From positions 53,116 through 73,115 of the forward strand of contig NKIB01012676.1 in the NCBI GenBank assembly GCA_002256025.1: DNA of 20,000 nt, in the 5' to 3' direction. Positions 1-10,154 of the stretch are shown in pieces. The position numbers and the translations under genes are program-made. The notes under the pieces were generated by a model. That model did no database searches and was not told the origin of the DNA. It saw only the letters and a list, made by a program, of their open reading frames with translations. The DNA comes from Asterionella formosa. Lineage: Eukaryota. Each line of letters begins with the position of its first letter. Positions within the stretch are counted from its first letter, which is position 1.

Positions 1-612
1 TAGAACAGGTCGATATGATATGAATTCAGCTGACAAGTTCTGAGTAGACAGAGGTACTTGTCGGGTCAAACGAAGTTGGGTCGCCACAAGCCATGTCCAA
101 CTCAACATGAGCCAGTGAAAAATGGGAAGATACTTGATGAAAGGGTTGGTAATTGTCTCTAGTTTCCATCCATAAAATCGACACTTTTGTCCATCACTAC
201 CATACTGCTGCTGCTCGTGGAGAAAGTGTTGAACTCCTCGGCACGTGGCTCGATGATTGACATGTCCCGATACACCTTCTTCATCAAACGTAATCAAGTG
301 TACGACCGGTGTATCGGTCGGTAACTGTTCTCTCAAGACTCGATCAATATCGTATTTGGACCAAAACCCCGTTGGACCATCTGGAAGGGCAGGATGGTTC
401 AGACACACAATCTTGTCAAAGCCAAGCATTCCACATGCTCGATGAAGTTCCATTTCTCGATCCTTTCCTAATCCGTCGTAGTTTCCATTCGACAAGCATA
501 CGATCCATTTGGGATTAGGGAGGGAGAGTATTGTGGGGATGAAGAACATGGATTCGTCATCAGGGTGAGCCGTAATGAACACGTGTAACGGTGGAGCGTT
601 TGTTATTGTCAT
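1..612 (-). CDS. PIGL: N-acetylglucosaminyl-phosphatidylinositol de-N-acetylase (PIG-L/GPI12), 3'-partial (continues past position 1)
   Basis: Manual translation from ATG 612 gives 204 open codons: MTITNAPPLHVFITAHPDDESMFFIPTI...CLSNGNYDGLGKDREMEL...DGP...LITFDEEGVSGHVNH...KYLP. The AHPDDE-MFF, LSNGN and TFDxxGVSGHxNH motifs are diagnostic of PIG-L. An alternative in-frame ATG lies at 678. Confidence 0.93.
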   Translation of the reverse strand, partial: MTITNAPPLHVFITAHPDDESMFFIPTILSLPNPKWIVCLSNGNYDGLGKDREMELHRACGMLGFDKIVCLNHPALPDGPTGFWSKYDIDRVLREQLPTDTPVVHLITFDEEGVSGHVNHRATCRGVQHFLHEQQQYGSDGQKCRFYGWKLETITNPFIKYLPIFHWLMLSWTWLVATQLRLTRQVPLSTQNLSAEFISYRPVL

Positions 613-1264
613 GGTTGGTAATGTAACATTGTTTATTCTTTGCCGGCAAACGCGCAGTGTCTGCCAATCATCAGGCATGCGCACGACCGAAATACCGGTA
701 CATACATACCGGTATATGATTCTTCCTCGTATGTATCTGAATATACATATTCCTGTAATGTTATGATGCGGCCAAATAATTTATACCAGTATATGATATG
801 CGGACAAGAAATACTCCGAGTATGATTATGTACCGGTATAGCTATATACATACATGAATGTACCCGTATCTATGATTATAGACCATCATCAGCCAATACC
901 TACAGTACCAGGTGTAGGTACGCCCTCCGTCCTGCATACTTACCGGTAATAAACATCATCAGTCATGAAGTAACGCCTGTGCTGCTCCCCCCCTCCCCCC
1001 GCCTCAAGTTATTTCTTAATAATATTACGGGATAATCTAGATTTTAGATTTATGAAAAAGTATAATTTTCATTTGTTAGTACTAATAAAATACTTGGCCT
1101 ACCTCTCCTTTCCTCTCCATTAGCGGCGCTTCAGTAAATATTTGTTGAACAGCATAGCAGTAAGTCGCACAAGCAGTACAATTTCAATCACGAGAGCAGG
1201 AGCAAAACTGTGATAAGATTCGACTGATACCTGTACGCGAAGCTGAAAACTTCACTTTTTACGC
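613..1264. promoter_or_regulatory. Divergent promoter region between PIGL and RPC2, with four TACCGGTA palindromes and an AT-rich tract
   Basis: Head-to-head starts at 612(-) and 1265(+). TACCGGTA at 693, 707, 831 and 941; AT-rich stretch at about 1010-1092. Confidence 0.55.
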
Positions 1265-4200
1265 ATGTCGGAAAAGAAGCGCTTTCGTCCTCGTGCAAAA
1301 GGCAAAGCAAGCGTCTCTACTAAAAAGGAAGACGAGGACTGCAGTGCACTTGTGAAGCAACAAGCGGATGAAGAGGATGGGCGGAATCTGTTGAAAGGTG
1401 GGAGTTGTGTTCCACCAGAAAAGGTGGCTGTAGAAGCATCGCCTTTCATTCCTCTGGCACAGTCACCTCCAGCGCCCAAAATTCCCTTCGGCAAGGTTCG
1501 CGCCACGCCTTACGGTGCGTGCCTTGCCGATCAGGAGGACCTGCAAGCCGCCTGGCAGTCCTACCGCGAAGCTCTTCCGAAGTTGGTGTTTCCCAAGGCC
1601 GGATTCGACCACGTCTACGGACAAGCCACTATTGACTCGGTCGACGACGTGGACTTGGGCGAGGACTATGGAGCGGCTGCTGCGTTTACCCAAGCTCACG
1701 AATATGGATCCACAAAAACAACAGACGATGCTCCGATAGGCTCTCTGAAGGATAAGTGGAGAATGCTTCCTCACTTTCTACAACTCCGCGGATTGCTCAG
1801 ACAGCACATTGATTCCTTCAACCACTTTGTTTCCGTCGAACTACGGCAAATTGTGCAGTCACCATCCAATTCAGAATTGCGCAGTGAACATGATCCCAAA
1901 TTCTATTTAAAGTACACGGACTGCTGGGTGGGGGAACCATCCGTAGAAGAAGACTCGTATGCGAGTACGCAGGCCACGCCGTTTCAATGCCGCCTCCGGG
2001 ATTGCACCTACAGCGCTCCCGTTTACGTGAATGTTCGCTACACCCGAGGGCGACAAATTGTCGTGAAGAAAAAGGTACTCATTGGAAGAATGCCAATCAT
2101 GTTACGATCGACCAAATGCTTGCTAAATAACAAAACGGAACGACAACTGGCTGCCATGAGAGAGTGTCCGTACGATCCGGGAGGGTATTTCGTTATTAAA
2201 GGGGTGGAGAAGGTTATTTTAATTCAAGAACAACTCAGTAAGAATCGTGTCATTCTGGAAATGGACAATAAGAAATGTGTCTCAGCTTCCATTACATCGT
2301 CCACGCACGAGCGAAAGTCAAAGGCATATATCATCGTCAAGAATAAAAGAGTCTACATGAAGAACAATACTCTGGGTGAAGACATTCCTATTACTATCAT
2401 TCTCAAAGCAATGGGGGTCGAGTCTGACCTTGAAATGGTGCAGCTCGTGGGATCAGAACCGGAAATTGTCAACGCCATGGCACTCAGCATGGAAGAGCCA
2501 GTTCGTCTGGGCATTCACACACAAATGCAGGCATTGCGATATGTGGGGAACAAAGTAAGGGGCCGAACGCAAAATAATACATGGTACCGAAAACCGACTT
2601 CTGTAGAAGAAGAAGCGAGGGATGTCTTGGCCAATGTGGTTTTGTCTCATGTGCCTGTAGAGAACTTTGATTTTCGAGCCAAGTGCATTTATGTTGGGCA
2701 CATCGTGAGGAGAGTCCTTATGGTGGATATGGGTCAGGCAGATTTAGATGACAAAGATTATTATGGAAATAAGCGTCTGGAACTGGCTGGAAACTTGCTA
2801 TCCTTGTTGTTCGAAGATTTATTCAAGCTCTTCAACAAGGACCTCAAGCGACAAGCCGACATGGTCCTGTCGAAACCCAATAGGGCACAGGCTTTTGATG
2901 TGGTCAAAACAATTCGGCCGGATACCATCACCAATGGTATGATGCAAGCCATTTCTACAGGCAACTGGGTATTGAAGAGATTTCGTATGGACCGCGCAGG
3001 AGTTACTCAGGTCTTGTCGAGACTCAGCTATATCTCTGCTCTAGGAATGATGACCCGAGTAAACAGTCAATTTGAAAAGACGCGAAAAGTCAGTGGACCG
3101 CGGTCGCTTCAAGCCAGTCAATGGGGTATGTTGTGTCCAGCCGATACGCCAGAAGGAGAAGCTTGTGGTTTGGTGAAAAACTTGGCACTTTTGGCGCATA
3201 TCACAACTGACGAAGATATTCAGCCGATCGATAGACTATGTCGTGATTTGGGAGTGGAAGATGTGCGCCGATTGTCTGGAAATGAAATTCATTCTAAAGG
3301 CGCCTTTATTGTATTTTTGAATGGGTTAATCATGGGCATTCATACGCGACCTTATGATTTCGTTCATGACCTTCGAACCATGCGAAGACGTGGAATGACT
3401 GGAGAGTTTGTGTCGGTGTATTTGCACGCTGTTCAGCGAGTTGTTCATATCGCCACCGATGGGGGCAGAGTTTGCCGTCCACTCATCATTGTGGATGAAA
3501 AGACTGGACAGCCAGCTCTGAAGCAGTTGCATCTAGAGTCGTTGGCTCTTGGGATCATCACCCTCAAGGACTTACTCCGTCAAGGTTTTATTGAGTATGT
3601 TGACTGCAACGAGGAAAATAATACGCTAATTGCTGTAACGGAGCGTGATTTGGAAGTCGCCATCAAGCAAGGATTCAAAAATCTAAAAATGAGATACACG
3701 CACCTCGAAATAGACCCCTTGACTATCCTGGGTGTGGTTTGCGGACTTGTTCCATTTCCTCATCACAATCAGTCCCCGCGAAACACATATCAGTGTGCTA
3801 TGGGTAAACAGGCTATGGGTTGTATCTCAATGAACCAATATGCTCGAATGGATGGCTTGATCTACACTCTCATCTATCCTCAAAAACCAATGGTCAAGTC
3901 ACGTACGTTGGACTTGGTGAACTTCGACAACACTCCTGGAGGCCAAAACGCATGCATTGCTGTTATGTCGTATTCTGGCTATGATATTGAAGATGCGATT
4001 GTTCTAAACAAAGCATCCGTTGATCGAGGATTCGGGCGCTGCATGGTCCTTCGTAAGTACCAAACGTCTATTCGACGATTCGCTAATGGTACAATGGATC
4101 GCACTTGTAGTGCTCCCGATCCTGCTGGATTTCCAGATGGAGAAGCAGACAAGCGGTTTCTAAAATACAAGGCAATTGACAAGGATGGAATTTGTCGAGT

Positions 4201-5167
4201 GGGGGAGCCACTTGATAATGGATGTTACATGGTGAACAAAGAGTCTCCAATGGACACATCAACCAATAATGATTTCATGCAACAAGGATCCGGAAGTCAA
4301 ACCCAATACAAGCCATCTGGTATGTCCTATCGTGGTGGTGCTCCTGTGTATGTCGACAAAGTGCTGGTTACTTCGAACGAGAACGAACAGTTTCTCATAA
4401 AAATTATGCTTCGGCAGGTACGCCGACCCGAAGTAGGTGATAAATTTTCGTCTCGTCACGGTCAGAAGGGTGTTTGTGGTTTGATTGTTCCTCAGGTAGA
4501 CTTTCCCTTCAATGAGTTTGGTCACGCACCTGATCTTATCATGAATCCTCATGGCTTTCCTTCTCGCATGACCGTCGGAAAGCTTTTGGAACTCTTGGTT
4601 GGCAAGGCGGGAGTATACGAAGGTCGCCAGGGATACGGAAGTGCCTTCGGCGAAGAACACGGTTCTGCCGATACAGCAGAAGCTTCACACGATGCGCTTG
4701 CACGAAATGGATTGAATTATACTGGTAAAGATGTTTTGTATAGTGGAACATCTGGAGAACCCATCGACGCATATATTTTCAGTGGGCCGGTGTTTTACCA
4801 AAAGCTCAAACACATGGTCTTGGACAAGGCGCATGCTCGAGCTCGAGGCCCTCGTGCCGTCTTGACTCGGCAGCCCACAGAAGGCCGATCACGTGATGGA
4901 GGACTTCGCTTGGGGGAGATGGAACGAGATTGTTTAATTGCTTACGGAGCGTCAAGCTTGATTATGGAACGATTGATGCATTCCAGTGATGCATTTTCTG
5001 CCAGCGTTTGCATGTCCTGTGGCCTGTTACAGTACCAAAACTGGTGTCAAATGTGCCGTTCAGGCGAAAAGGTGGCTGACATTCGTCTTCCATATGCCTG
5101 CAAACTATTGTTCCAAGAACTCCAGAGTATGAATGTTGTTCCAAGATTGAGGCTAAAGGACGTGTAG
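1265..5167 (+). CDS. RPC2: DNA-directed RNA polymerase III second-largest subunit (RPC2/POLR3B), intronless, 1300 aa
   Basis: Universal beta-subunit motifs GDKFSSRHGQKG, PDLIMNPHGFPSRMT, YQKLKHMV, GGLRLGEMERDC and C-terminal Zn cysteines. Pol III-type signatures DKWxxLPxFLxxRGLxxQHIDSFN, IQEQLSKNR, KRFRMDRAGVTQVLSRLS, SQFEKTRKVSGPRSLQ and ERDCLIAYGAS. Confidence 0.97.
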   Translation: MSEKKRFRPRAKGKASVSTKKEDEDCSALVKQQADEEDGRNLLKGGSCVPPEKVAVEASPFIPLAQSPPAPKIPFGKVRATPYGACLADQEDLQAAWQSYREALPKLVFPKAGFDHVYGQATIDSVDDVDLGEDYGAAAAFTQAHEYGSTKTTDDAPIGSLKDKWRMLPHFLQLRGLLRQHIDSFNHFVSVELRQIVQSPSNSELRSEHDPKFYLKYTDCWVGEPSVEEDSYASTQATPFQCRLRDCTYSAPVYVNVRYTRGRQIVVKKKVLIGRMPIMLRSTKCLLNNKTERQLAAMRECPYDPGGYFVIKGVEKVILIQEQLSKNRVILEMDNKKCVSASITSSTHERKSKAYIIVKNKRVYMKNNTLGEDIPITIILKAMGVESDLEMVQLVGSEPEIVNAMALSMEEPVRLGIHTQMQALRYVGNKVRGRTQNNTWYRKPTSVEEEARDVLANVVLSHVPVENFDFRAKCIYVGHIVRRVLMVDMGQADLDDKDYYGNKRLELAGNLLSLLFEDLFKLFNKDLKRQADMVLSKPNRAQAFDVVKTIRPDTITNGMMQAISTGNWVLKRFRMDRAGVTQVLSRLSYISALGMMTRVNSQFEKTRKVSGPRSLQASQWGMLCPADTPEGEACGLVKNLALLAHITTDEDIQPIDRLCRDLGVEDVRRLSGNEIHSKGAFIVFLNGLIMGIHTRPYDFVHDLRTMRRRGMTGEFVSVYLHAVQRVVHIATDGGRVCRPLIIVDEKTGQPALKQLHLESLALGIITLKDLLRQGFIEYVDCNEENNTLIAVTERDLEVAIKQGFKNLKMRYTHLEIDPLTILGVVCGLVPFPHHNQSPRNTYQCAMGKQAMGCISMNQYARMDGLIYTLIYPQKPMVKSRTLDLVNFDNTPGGQNACIAVMSYSGYDIEDAIVLNKASVDRGFGRCMVLRKYQTSIRRFANGTMDRTCSAPDPAGFPDGEADKRFLKYKAIDKDGICRVGEPLDNGCYMVNKESPMDTSTNNDFMQQGSGSQTQYKPSGMSYRGGAPVYVDKVLVTSNENEQFLIKIMLRQVRRPEVGDKFSSRHGQKGVCGLIVPQVDFPFNEFGHAPDLIMNPHGFPSRMTVGKLLELLVGKAGVYEGRQGYGSAFGEEHGSADTAEASHDALARNGLNYTGKDVLYSGTSGEPIDAYIFSGPVFYQKLKHMVLDKAHARARGPRAVLTRQPTEGRSRDGGLRLGEMERDCLIAYGASSLIMERLMHSSDAFSASVCMSCGLLQYQNWCQMCRSGEKVADIRLPYACKLLFQELQSMNVVPRLRLKDV

Positions 5168-5532
5168 TTTATCAGTTTTTGAACAAATATTCAGTACATG
5201 CAGAGTACAACTATGCTTGTTATAGGAAACCTTGGCTCATGAGTACTTCTCATCGTATTAGTACTAGTCCGAGAATTGGTTACAACAATCATCATTATAC
5301 TATTTTGATTATTGACGATGTTTTAGCAGCGATGGGTGGTCGAAAGTGTCATGAATATATAATGGCAAATCGCTTTCTGTGGCACACATGAATAAAAGTG
5401 TGTAACTGATCATACCTATATTCTTAAAATAACTTGACGAGGCTATTGGAGGTGCAATGGATGTGATTATCAGATGCACTGGATTTGTTTTGCTCTGCAC
5501 TTCCATTCTTTAAGTTGCCCTGCTGTTTCTTG

Positions 5533-6228
5533 TCATGCTGCTGCCGCCCCATGCATTTGATTTGTAAGTACCATGGCATTGATTAGAAATCCATTTCGTT
5601 CTATTGCAATGGATTTTTCCACTGGAGTATCCAGCGAAGAAATGTAAGAAAACAAGTCTTCAAAGCATTCGTTGCTGTTCGTAAAGTCGCCCTGGTCATA
5701 GTGAAGGAGTCCCAAATTGTTAAGCGACGACATCACAATTAGAGATGTTCGTTCAGTTTGACACACTCGCAACGAAAGATTGTATGCCATTTCGAAGAGT
5801 TTAATGGCGTTATCGAGGGCCTTGGGGAAACGATTCGCACATATGGAGTTGAGGTGGTAGGCCAGGGCCATGTTGTAAAGAATCACTGCAGACTCTTCAT
5901 GATAATTACTTGATGTATCGCCGTTAGAGAGGAAAATCGGCATGGAACAAATGAAGGAGTTGTCTTCTGTCATGGACGAGATCATGGGTCGTCGAGGAAT
6001 ATTGTGTGACTCCGGAGCCGATTTACAGTCAATTACATTTTGACATTCTGGTTCGTCCCTGGATTTGTCCTTGTTGGTGCTACTGAGTGTCAACGTATAC
6101 ATAAGCTTAGCAGCTTCCTTGAGTAGACGAACAGCCTCTTCATGATGACCTTCTTCGAGGTAAGCGATTGCAAGATCGTTGTAGTAAGAGAAAGAGGAAG
6201 TAGGAAATGTTTTTGTTGGAGTTGTCAT
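5533..6228 (-). CDS. Hypothetical TPR-like helical protein (about 231 aa), of a type common in diatoms that ends in xAAAA
   Basis: ORF 5533..6321; the likelier start is ATG 6228 (MTTPTKTF). TPR-like segments YNDLAIAYLEEGHHEEAVRLLKEA, VILYNMALAYH...AIKLFEMAY and SLNNLGLLHYDQGDFTNSNECF; C-terminus HGAAAA. Confidence 0.75.
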   Translation of the reverse strand: MTTPTKTFPTSSFSYYNDLAIAYLEEGHHEEAVRLLKEAAKLMYTLTLSSTNKDKSRDEPECQNVIDCKSAPESHNIPRRPMISSMTEDNSFICSMPIFLSNGDTSSNYHEESAVILYNMALAYHLNSICANRFPKALDNAIKLFEMAYNLSLRVCQTERTSLIVMSSLNNLGLLHYDQGDFTNSNECFEDLFSYISSLDTPVEKSIAIERNGFLINAMVLTNQMHGAAAA

Positions 6229-6591
6229 GTTGAAATAAAGTACAGAATCTATGGACGTGACGAATTTGTGATATGTTTGACCCAAATGGAAAGATACAAC
6301 AGAAAGAAAAAGAAGTCGCATGTAGCTTCGGAGTTTCTATTGCCGAAGGATAGGAACAGAGAACACGAGGTGCGAAAAATAATACCTGTGGTACAAAGAA
6401 AGAGAAACGAGTCCTAATTACCAGTAGGGATGTTTGGATATCAAGAAGATGTTCGCGGATTTATGCTTCAACCTTCAATGTTGATGGCACGCTGTTCTGA
6501 TCGCAAAACAGGAACCATGTACATGACCGTGAAATTGAAATGTGACATATTCCCCGGGCATTGAAGTAGAGTCGTGTCAACGAGACCGGTA

Positions 6592-6870
6592 CCGGTATCT
6601 GGGAGTACCAGGTACTTCTATGTAGTCCACTTGTAAACTTTAAGGACTAGGACAGCAAACAAGAAGTCAGAAAAGATGCCTGGTTCCGGTATCTGGGAGT
6701 ACCTGCAAGTTGCGGCAATTTTGTTGAACTAAAGATTTAGCTATCTTTATCCAAGATTAAATTGTTGATTTAAGCAAAATGACCGCAAAATGACCGCAAA
6801 TTGTAGGTAGTCCACCTGTACACTGTAAGGACCAGGACAGCAAACAAGAACTCAGAAAAGATGCCTAGTA
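6592..6870 (+). repeat. Imperfect two-unit tandem duplication (94 bp and 185 bp units)
   Basis: CCGGTATCTGGGAGTACC at 6592 and 6686; 60-bp blocks 6622-6681 and 6807-6866 match at 55/60. Confidence 0.9.
6702..6807. mobile_element. 106-bp MITE-like element with imperfect terminal inverted repeats, flanked by TA
   Basis: Left TA|CCTGCAAGTTGCGGCAATTTTG; the reverse complement of the right end reads TA|CCTACAATTTGCGGTCATTTTG (18/22 match). TA at 6700-6701 and 6808-6809. It is absent from the sister tandem unit. Confidence 0.6.
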
Positions 6871-7835
6871 ATTCATTGAACTTGAACAACCATCAGTTCC
6901 AATGTAGACGTCTCGGTACATTGTGATTCTGTTCCAATGTTTTGGAGGCTTTGATTTTGTCGACTTTTCCGACAAAGGGGTTGAAGTTGGTAGAATAATT
7001 GCCTTGTTCTAATAGCATCAGTATGAAGCTTATGGCAGGTCTTAACAGAGAGACAATTTAATTCTTGTTGCATCTTCAGAAAAAATGAATCTTTACAGAG
7101 TTACATTCCACAAATAGATCTCAGTAACAGCAAAACAATTTGCTTTTTTGAGTCTCTGTAAATATGTGCACCATCAGACTCAAAAGAAAGCAGCGAAATT
7201 TTAGCAGTGTGATATAACCACTCCTGCTGCACACCATCATTTTTACATCCTAATGCCATTTCATGATTTGTTTGGCTGCATGATGTTGATGATCTAATGA
7301 TTGGATGTGAGGGGTTAGATGCAAAGTGTCTTTCTGATGGGCACCAAGCATATGTGGCAATCTTGTCTGATCTGCTTCCTGACTGAGTCTCAGAAGCCTG
7401 TGGTGATATCAGTTCAATCAACAACTACTACTTGCCGTAAAACTATCGACCTCTCAAACCCACTATTGAAAGGAAAGAGTCTATAACATGACATACTAGA
7501 ACAATGCAAAACTCTCCTTCCTAGAACAATAGCTAGCATCTCAAAACGTAAAATTCTATCCTATAGTCGTAGTATATGAATCTTGATATTTGATAGGTAA
7601 TTTTAAAAGTACAAAATAAATAATTTCCTTCCTTCACATTAAAAATGTGTGTGTTTATAGCAGGCAAATAAATCTTAAAGAATGCTTTTATTGAAACACA
7701 AATCTAATGGAGTACTACTTGGAGTCGCACTAGTGTCCATACTAGGGGCCCCAAGGAAATGATAGTGAGGGTGAGTCTATTGAGAAACTCTTAGGGGTTG
7801 CAGTTTGGAGGTAAAACAACCGTAGAGATTGTGAG

Positions 7836-8575
7836 CTACCGGTAGGGCAAGAAGCCCATTCTGGGGCTCTTAGAGGGTTTGGAGTCATGTGTAGAAAAGT
7901 AGAGGGAAAAGCGAGCAGACTGGTAGCAAATATGAAAACTGCACAACCATTTTGGGACAATTGCTTTGAAAATAGAATCCGGGAGTTGGTAGAATCAATA
8001 TGAGGAGTGTTTTAGCTCGATGAAGACATGATAAGAGATTAAGTGAGAGGGTCTTGGCAGGCATAGAAAGTAGTTTTGGCAAACTGTATGGCCATCTCGG
8101 TTTATTTGAATCGAGAAGCCTGGCAGTCGATTGCCAGGATGAAATGTAGTAGGCAGAACAAGGTTGGAGCACATCCTATGGAATCCATTGGCCGGCGTGC
8201 TTGGAGAGTAAGTCGAGGTAGGATCAGCAAAGATATGTGACTGGCTGGGTGGAGATGAGAAATAAGAAATGACACTGTGATGGGGGGAGTGGGTGATTGC
8301 AGCTGGAAGGAGCACTTTTTCTTGTTTCGCATGGTAACAACATAGAGAGGGATGAGTGCAATGAGTGAGAAAGGATGACAGAAGAAGGCGGGATGGTGCT
8401 GGAAGTAGGCACTTAATATAGTAAGCATTCATGTCCTGATGTCAATCTTTGACTTCTTTGCGAATTTGGGCGCTTTCTTTTTTGGAGTGATGACAGGATT
8501 GATGCGATTATTGTTGTCCATAGGATGGTTACTTGGAGGTTTGGCAGCGCATGCTGCTTTGTTCGATGACACCAT
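7836..8575 (-). pseudogene. Possible decayed gene of unknown family
   Basis: CCACCATGG start context at 8575 (MVSSNKAA...TPKKKAPKFAKKSK, NLS-like). After an apparent frameshift it continues as the 145-codon frame 7995..8432, which reads on past one TGA as FYQLPDSIFKAIVPKWLCSF. No family recognised. Confidence 0.3.
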
Positions 8576-8869
8576 GGTGGGGGCGGAAAATTCAGTAACA
8601 GCACATAGGGAGGGCTGTAGGGCCAGTACTAGTGTAGAGCATGCAAAATACACCAGAAAGTTGCAAGTTGTGTTGCTAAAAATGAAAAATGTGTGTATTT
8701 ATACACAATCAGCCATCCTACTAGTTCCATATCCAAGTCTGCTTGGAACATGCATTGCCTCTTTAAAGAAGCATTGAAGCAAATCATAATTATATGAGTT
8801 GCAATAATGATAACTGCTGTTGATCATTCCTCCCAAATTCTCCGCTGTTGCCATTAGAAATAAAAATGG

Positions 8870-8923
8870 TGTCTTTGTTGATTAATTTAGTTACATTGTC
8901 TTTGTTGATTAATTTAGTTACAT
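8870..8923 (+). repeat. Perfect 27-bp tandem duplication
   Basis: TGTCTTTGTTGATTAATTTAGTTACAT at 8870-8896 and 8897-8923. Confidence 0.95.
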
Positions 8924-9677
8924 GTCATAAATTAAATTTATAGAATTAGTTTTGCTTAACGCTGTATCTGCCGCAATGCACACAGATACACATTTCGGAG
9001 CAACAAAAAATTTGTTGCTGGTAGCGACATTATTGATGAACTCAAACACAAAAGGACAGTTGTGAAGGAAATCGATGAACTAAGTAATTTATGAGTGAGT
9101 GGACAGGCTAGGGCTAGCTTGCTTGATTAGGTTCTGGGTCATTTGGCGGAGAAACCCGGAGGATGCCGATGGGTTTATCAACAAACATGTCAGTGTGTGT
9201 CTGTTAGGCTGTTGATGCCGACAGATGTCCGAAGACTAGATGTAGCCTGAGGAATGTCTAAACGGAAATAGACAGTATTTATTTAGCAGAATAATACGCA
9301 AACGAGCGGCGCGAGAAAGATCTTGACCAGTAATTCAAGGGCAGAACTGGCTGGAGCGCGCTTGAAGAGGCGCCATACATTGCAACAGCAACATACCACC
9401 TGGATGTGTGAGATACAAAAGCTTGGGCCAAGCAATATTTTTAAATTTTTGTATCTCTATCAAGACCTGCACTTATGGCGAGAAAGATGCAGAAAGGAAC
9501 TTCTTCTTCACACCCTGAATTCTAGGTCACACCTAAAAAATAGTCAGTACATTTACAGCACGTATATACGGAATGACTTCTACCCCAAGCGGATCACATT
9601 CATCTACAGCTAACACAGCCAGAAAATAACTGATATTACATTTTGCCAAGTGAAATTTCAACATATAGCTAATAAAG

Positions 9678-10084
9678 TGTTAAAGTATTGTTACGTTTAC
9701 AAGATAGATCTATCATTAGACAAAGATGACTATAGACAGAGACATTTGTTTATCTTTTGTTGCTGAATTCTTATCATTGTGAGTTACTAAACTAGATAAT
9801 AGGTTTATTCGGTTGGAAAAACAAACAAACAATTCACCAAATGCTGTTTGCATTTGTCAGGTCATACATTTATAGAGAGACACGTTTCTACCTCACATTC
9901 ATTGATCACAGATTTATGACCATTGATCATTAGATTCAAATTTATTGGTCTTCCGCATACAAGTCTATATCGTCCGGCTCATTATAACAGAATAAAATCA
10001 TGTGTGGTTGATGGGAGCTTGGTACACCCTAAGTTGACTCATTAGACAGTGAGTCATAACTATTAGGATACGTTCACTTTGGCA
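9678..10084 (-). mobile_element. Old solo or truncated LTR (407 bp) of a Ty1/Copia family related to the element at 19470
   Basis: On the minus strand it reads TGCCAAAGTGA...AATACTTTAACA and is collinear with 19470-19892. Shared blocks include TGTACCAAGCTCyCATCAACCACACAT, TATAATGAGCCGGAC, CGGAAGACC, AAATGCAAACAGCATTTGG and TCTATAGTCwTCTTTGTCTAA. Confidence 0.88.
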
Positions 10085-10154
10085 ATATAGCATATCTGCT
10101 TTAATAATTGAATAGTATTTATAGATTTTTGCGGCAAGTAGCTCATTCCTCACC

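Noticed and set aside
257..851. Short ORFs listed in the track at the window start
   Set aside because: They are shadows of the minus-strand PIG-L gene or lie in low-complexity promoter DNA.
987..1003. C7-T-C6 tract as a G-quadruplex on the minus strand
   Set aside because: Too short and simple to support a functional claim.
1252..5144. Overlapping short ORFs within RPC2 (and likewise within the helicase, 14758-17854)
   Set aside because: Alternative-frame or antisense shadows of long conserved genes, with no motifs.
6592..6870. CRISPR-like repeat-spacer arrangement
   Set aside because: Only two units, eukaryotic context and no cas genes; explained by tandem duplication plus a MITE.
6873..7424. 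Two same-frame minus ORFs (107 and 66 aa) separated by one stop
   Set aside because: Could be a decayed gene, but no frame gives a recognisable motif and the coding strand is ambiguous.
9210..9662. Possible second LTR with TGTTGA...TCAACA ends
   Set aside because: Only a 6-bp terminal match, the flanks (TAGGC / TATAG) are not a target-site duplication, and there is no second copy in the window.
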